DNA of 11,382 nucleotides from the NCBI GenBank assembly GCA_048941285.1, contig JBHLNS010000074.1, positions 1 through 11,382 of the forward strand, read 5' to 3'. The stretch's first letter is position 1, and each line of letters begins with the position of its first letter. Origin of the DNA: Promethearchaeota archaeon. GTDB taxonomy: Archaea; Asgardarchaeota; Lokiarchaeia; Sigyniarchaeales; SOKP01. Made by a program: the position numbers and the translations under genes. Of the stretch, positions 7,596-11,382 are shown piece by piece. Below the pieces are notes generated by a model. It did not search any database, had not been told where the DNA came from, and saw nothing but the letters and a program-made list of their open reading frames with translations.

Positions 7596-7765
7596 CTCAT
7601 ATTCACTTTTTTAATTGTGTATAAAAAAATTTTATTTATATAGATCTCTAAGTCATAAAATTAAAAAAGTTTACGAAAAATATTTCAATGCTTATTTTTT
7701 GGGTTTTTCAAAATTTATAGGTGTTTTTAAAATTGAAAAGCAATATAAAAATAAATTATTCAATT

Positions 7766-9541
7766 ATGAACACTATTTTACTATTTTTTAGCATAGCAAT
7801 AATATCTTTCAGCGTAAATTTAGTATTCTACATCTATAAAAGAAGAAAATATTATTTAAATCGGATTAAAATATTGATTTTAGGAGTTCTAATATTTACA
7901 GCTGTTTTCTTAATTATTAATTTACCTTTTTTTATCATGAACAATTCTGATTATTTTATAGATAAAGAAAAAGGATTTTTTATCCCAACCATCTTATTCA
8001 ATTTAGGTAATTTATTATATAGTGCCTCAGTTATTCTTTTTTTATTAAGTTTTTTGCAAGTTGATGAGTCCATTATTGATCTTGAAATTCCAACACAGCT
8101 GAGTAATAAGAAAGGTGATATTCCTATAGGAAGAATTTTAAAAGGGAAAGCCAAAAAACAAAAGTTTTATCTAGCTCTAAAAGATCTTGAGAAACATATG
8201 TTTATTTGTGGGGCGACTGGTACAGGGAAAAGTAATTTTCTCCAAAATTTTTTAATTAATTTTACAAAAATTTTTAAAATTCCCTTTTTTTTAGTTGAAT
8301 TTAAAGGGGAATATCATTTTCTTCAAAAAAGAATTGAAGATGTTCTCATTTTATGGCCTGGTGAGAATTTTTCAATAAATATTTTTAATCCTGGATTAGT
8401 AAATCCAATAATTCACGCTGAAAGAATATTTGATATATTAAAGAGTGGAAAATTTTTAGATGAAAGTTCTGAGTTTACTCCCCAAATGGAAAAAGTAATG
8501 GTCGAAATATTAGTAAAAGTTTGTGAAAGTAAAAATTATCAAAATTGGAAAGGATTTGAATACTTCTGTAAGGAATATCTTAAAAAAAATAAAGATCAAA
8601 TCCCAATGTTGAGCCAAACTCTAATTAGTATTAAGAATAGAATCAGGAGATTCTCAGTAGGCCCATTAAAGAATTTATTTGAAAAAAAAAATGAAATTGA
8701 TATAAATGATATATTTAAAAAAAACGTATTAATGGATCTGAGTTCAATCATACGTTTAGGGGGAGAGAAAGAAGATGCATTATTTTTTCTAAATATGATT
8801 TTGAAATATTTATGGGATAAGAATTTAACAAAAGGAGCATTTAATTTTAAGGGAATCCAACATATCACAATCATTGAAGATGCTCAATATTTTGCTCCAC
8901 CAGACTTAATGAAAAAAAGTAAATTAACTACTTATCTTGAAGACATTGCTTTATTACAAAGAGGTACAGGGGAATGTTTAATAACCTTAGCTACACGCCC
9001 TAATATTAGTAAAGAAATCTTAGCAAACAATGGAGTTGTTCTTACATTCAAAAACCATATTGAAAAAGATATTATGTGTGATTTATTAAATATCAAAGTC
9101 GAAAATAAAAATTTTTTATCAATATTAGAGGAAGGTCAATGCATTATAAGAACAAATTCAATTAAAGAACCTTTCTTATTAAATATCCCCTTGATTAAAC
9201 ACGAATCATTGACAATCTCAGAAATTATGAGATATAATAAAATAATTTTGAGTAAAACTGGAAGCTATTTAATGCCTGTTTTAAAAATAAAAAAAAATAA
9301 AGTTTGTGCTTTTTTTCAAAAAATAGCAAAGAAATTTAAGAGTATTTCGTCAAAAACTTTAATAAAAAAGGATTTAAAATCCCCAATGTTAGCGCAAGAT
9401 CAGTCTAATAAATATTCAAAAAAGAACATTAATTCTAATATAGGAGGTAAAAAATCACACATAGAATTTGAATTAGATTCATATAATAAGCTAGAAGATT
9501 ATATCAATCGTATCTATAATTTGCAGAAGAAAAAGGAATAA
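7766..9541 (+). CDS. Membrane-anchored HerA/FtsK/VirB4-superfamily P-loop ATPase (DUF87-like)
   Basis: Three N-terminal hydrophobic segments; KHMFICGATGTGKS Walker A; VEFKGEY (DxxGEY-like); Walker B IIEDAQ; QRGTGECLITLATRP matches the GRKFG...ATQRP region. ATG 7766 preferred over GTG 7721. Confidence 0.8.
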   Translation: MNTILLFFSIAIISFSVNLVFYIYKRRKYYLNRIKILILGVLIFTAVFLIINLPFFIMNNSDYFIDKEKGFFIPTILFNLGNLLYSASVILFLLSFLQVDESIIDLEIPTQLSNKKGDIPIGRILKGKAKKQKFYLALKDLEKHMFICGATGTGKSNFLQNFLINFTKIFKIPFFLVEFKGEYHFLQKRIEDVLILWPGENFSINIFNPGLVNPIIHAERIFDILKSGKFLDESSEFTPQMEKVMVEILVKVCESKNYQNWKGFEYFCKEYLKKNKDQIPMLSQTLISIKNRIRRFSVGPLKNLFEKKNEIDINDIFKKNVLMDLSSIIRLGGEKEDALFFLNMILKYLWDKNLTKGAFNFKGIQHITIIEDAQYFAPPDLMKKSKLTTYLEDIALLQRGTGECLITLATRPNISKEILANNGVVLTFKNHIEKDIMCDLLNIKVENKNFLSILEEGQCIIRTNSIKEPFLLNIPLIKHESLTISEIMRYNKIILSKTGSYLMPVLKIKKNKVCAFFQKIAKKFKSISSKTLIKKDLKSPMLAQDQSNKYSKKNINSNIGGKKSHIEFELDSYNKLEDYINRIYNLQKKKE

Positions 9542-9569
9542 TTTTAAGAGATCAAAATTCAATATAAAT

Positions 9570-10787
9570 ATGGTCTTAACAATAGGAATTATTGGAAAAC
9601 CAAGTAGCGGAAAAACTACATTTTTAAACGCAGCTTGTTTAACTCATGCGAAAGTTAGTGAAATACCTTTTACAACGATAGAACCAAATGTTGGAGTAGC
9701 ATATGTGAAAACTACGTGTGTATGTAAAGAATTAGATGTAATAGATAATCCAAAAAATTCTATATGTATTGATGGTGTACGTTTCATACCAATTAACTTA
9801 ATAGATGTTGCGGGATTAGTACCAGACGCTCATAAAGGAAAAGGTTTAGGTAATAAATTTTTAAATGACTTAGTTAAAGCTGATGTTCTTCTTCATATTG
9901 TTGATATTACAGGATCTCTTGATAAATCTGGAAAATTAGTATCCATGGGAGAAAATGATCCGTATGAGGATATTGTGTTTTTAGAAAATGAAATAAATCT
10001 ATGGTTTAAAGAAATAATCGAACGAGAAGATTGGACTAAATTTACAAAAGCTATATTAACTGAGAAAAGAAAAGTTCTTGAATCCTTATACGATAGACTT
10101 TCGGGGATAAAAATAAGTAAGCTGCAAATATTGCAATCCTTAAAAAAGTCAAATTTAGCGACCCGAAGTCCATCGCAATGGACAGAATTGGAACTCTTGG
10201 AATTCTCAAAAACATTAAGGAGGATAGCGAAACCAATTTTGATAATTGCTAATAAAATTGACAAAGAAATTAGCGATAACAATTTGCAAGAGTTAAAAAA
10301 GAAATATGATTATCCAATTATACCATGTAGCGCATTAGCAGAACATTTTTTGAGGAAATATCATGAAAATAAAATAATCAAATATATTCCTGGATCTAAT
10401 GATTTTAAAATAATAGATAAAAGTAAGTTGAACGCAAATGAATTAGAGATGCTTGAGAAAATAAAAAGTAAAATTCTCAATGTTTATAACAATACAGGGA
10501 TTCAATCTGCCTTGGATTACGCTTCATTCACCATGGCAAATCAAATTTGTGTTTATCCTGTTTCAGATATTAATACCTATTCGGATAATAAAAACAATGT
10601 TTTACCAGATGTATTTCTAGTGGAAAAAGGGACGCTTCTAAGAGATTTTGTAAGAGATAAAATACATACAGAATTAGCAGAAAATTTTATGTTCGGTATT
10701 GATGCTAAAACCAAAAAGAGATTAGGAGAAAATTATGAATTACAGAATGGAGATATTGTTAAAATAGTAACAGCAAGAAGTAAATGA
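9570..10787 (+). CDS. ychF: Obg-family translation-associated GTPase, archaeal YchF/Ygr210 type with C-terminal TGS domain
   Basis: G1 GKPSSGKTT, G2 PFTTIEPN, G3 DVAGLVPDAHKGKGLGNKFL, G4 NKID, G5 CSAL, C-terminal VLPD...IHTEL...YELQNGDIVKI. Confidence 0.92.
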   Translation: MVLTIGIIGKPSSGKTTFLNAACLTHAKVSEIPFTTIEPNVGVAYVKTTCVCKELDVIDNPKNSICIDGVRFIPINLIDVAGLVPDAHKGKGLGNKFLNDLVKADVLLHIVDITGSLDKSGKLVSMGENDPYEDIVFLENEINLWFKEIIEREDWTKFTKAILTEKRKVLESLYDRLSGIKISKLQILQSLKKSNLATRSPSQWTELELLEFSKTLRRIAKPILIIANKIDKEISDNNLQELKKKYDYPIIPCSALAEHFLRKYHENKIIKYIPGSNDFKIIDKSKLNANELEMLEKIKSKILNVYNNTGIQSALDYASFTMANQICVYPVSDINTYSDNKNNVLPDVFLVEKGTLLRDFVRDKIHTELAENFMFGIDAKTKKRLGENYELQNGDIVKIVTARSK

Positions 10788-10795
10788 GATAGAAA

Positions 10796-10954
10796 TTAAT
10801 CTTGTTTTGAAGTTAAAAGAATATACACGAGAATTATGATCAACAAAATAATACCGAAAAAAATTAAGATGAACTTGTATACATCAACTACAACATCTGT
10901 AGCAGTTTGGAATAAAAATAGCATAGTTAATATCAATAAACCATAAAAATTCAT
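10796..10954 (-). CDS. Putative small membrane protein (52 aa; 42 aa if started at ATG 10924)
   Basis: Manually translated MNFYGLLILTMLFLFQTATDVVVDVYKFILIFFGIILLIIILVYILLTSKQD*; fills the gap between tRNA-Ala and ychF, with its stop 8 nt from the ychF stop; one clear TM helix. Below the ORF-track cutoff. Confidence 0.5.
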   Translation of the reverse strand: MNFYGLLILTMLFLFQTATDVVVDVYKFILIFFGIILLIIILVYILLTSKQD

Positions 10955-11040
10955 ATTTAAGATGAATATTTAATTAATAATTAAAAAATTTCGGATTTTA
11001 GAAATATTTAATTTATAAAGAAATTATAAAATAAGATAAA

Positions 11041-11142
11041 TGGACCTGACGGGAATTGAACCCGTGACCTCTTGAATGCAAGTCAAGCGTTAAAGGTTAG
11101 TAAGAAGCTAAACCAAACCATCTTCCACTGATCTACAGGCCC
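11041..11142 (-). tRNA. tRNA-Ala(UGC) with 30-nt intron (11090-11119) at 24/25
   Basis: Acceptor GGGCCTG/CAGGTCC with the G3-U70 Ala identity pair, D-stem GATC/GAT|C restored by splicing, anticodon arm CTTGA-CTTGCAT-TCAAG, T-arm ACGGG-TTCAATT-CCCGT; BHB helix GAAG/CTTT. Confidence 0.93.
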
Positions 11143-11311
11143 TTTTTAATTTTATACTTTAATTTTATTAGAAATTCCAATATTTAAAATTTTTTACTCT
11201 TTTAATTCGAAATTTTTTATTATAGTCTAATAGTATTTAGAGGATAAGAATTAAATAAAAGTTTATTAAGAACTTGCCTAAGATAAGCCGTATTTTTATA
11301 TAAAGAATAAA

Positions 11312-11382
<71 letters not shown>

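Noticed and set aside
3140-10282. Antisense ORFs 3140-3424, 6520-6717, 7381-7614, 7951-8154, 8596-8874, 9893-10282, 10051-10236
   Set aside because: Overlap well-supported conserved genes on the opposite strand; no independent evidence.

Overview
Strongly AT-rich archaeal chromosomal window, most likely from an Asgard archaeon (Lokiarchaeia-like). That assignment is an inference from a Rab-like small GTPase and a Roadblock protein sitting among archaeal-type RPA, aIF1, Tsr3, thermosome and Ygr210/YchF-type GTPase genes. The window also holds a membrane-anchored HerA/FtsK-type ATPase, a hypothetical protein, a probable 52-aa membrane microprotein missed by the ORF track, four tRNA genes (Asn-GUU, Glu-UUC, Leu-UAG, Ala-UGC) and the 3' end of a 16S rRNA gene. 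Main observations: (1) the aIF1/SUI1 gene has no ATG/GTG/TTG ahead of its conserved Cys-rich N-terminus and appears to start at AUU behind a strong Shine-Dalgarno, suggesting infC-like autoregulation of start-codon fidelity; (2) all four tRNAs carry a 30-33 nt bulge-helix-bulge-type intron at a non-canonical site (21/22, 21/22, 24/25, 63/64) and none at 37/38; (3) tRNA-Glu has C33 instead of the near-invariant U33; (4) 16S-tRNA-Ala is not followed by 23S. All calls come from manual reading; no searches were run.
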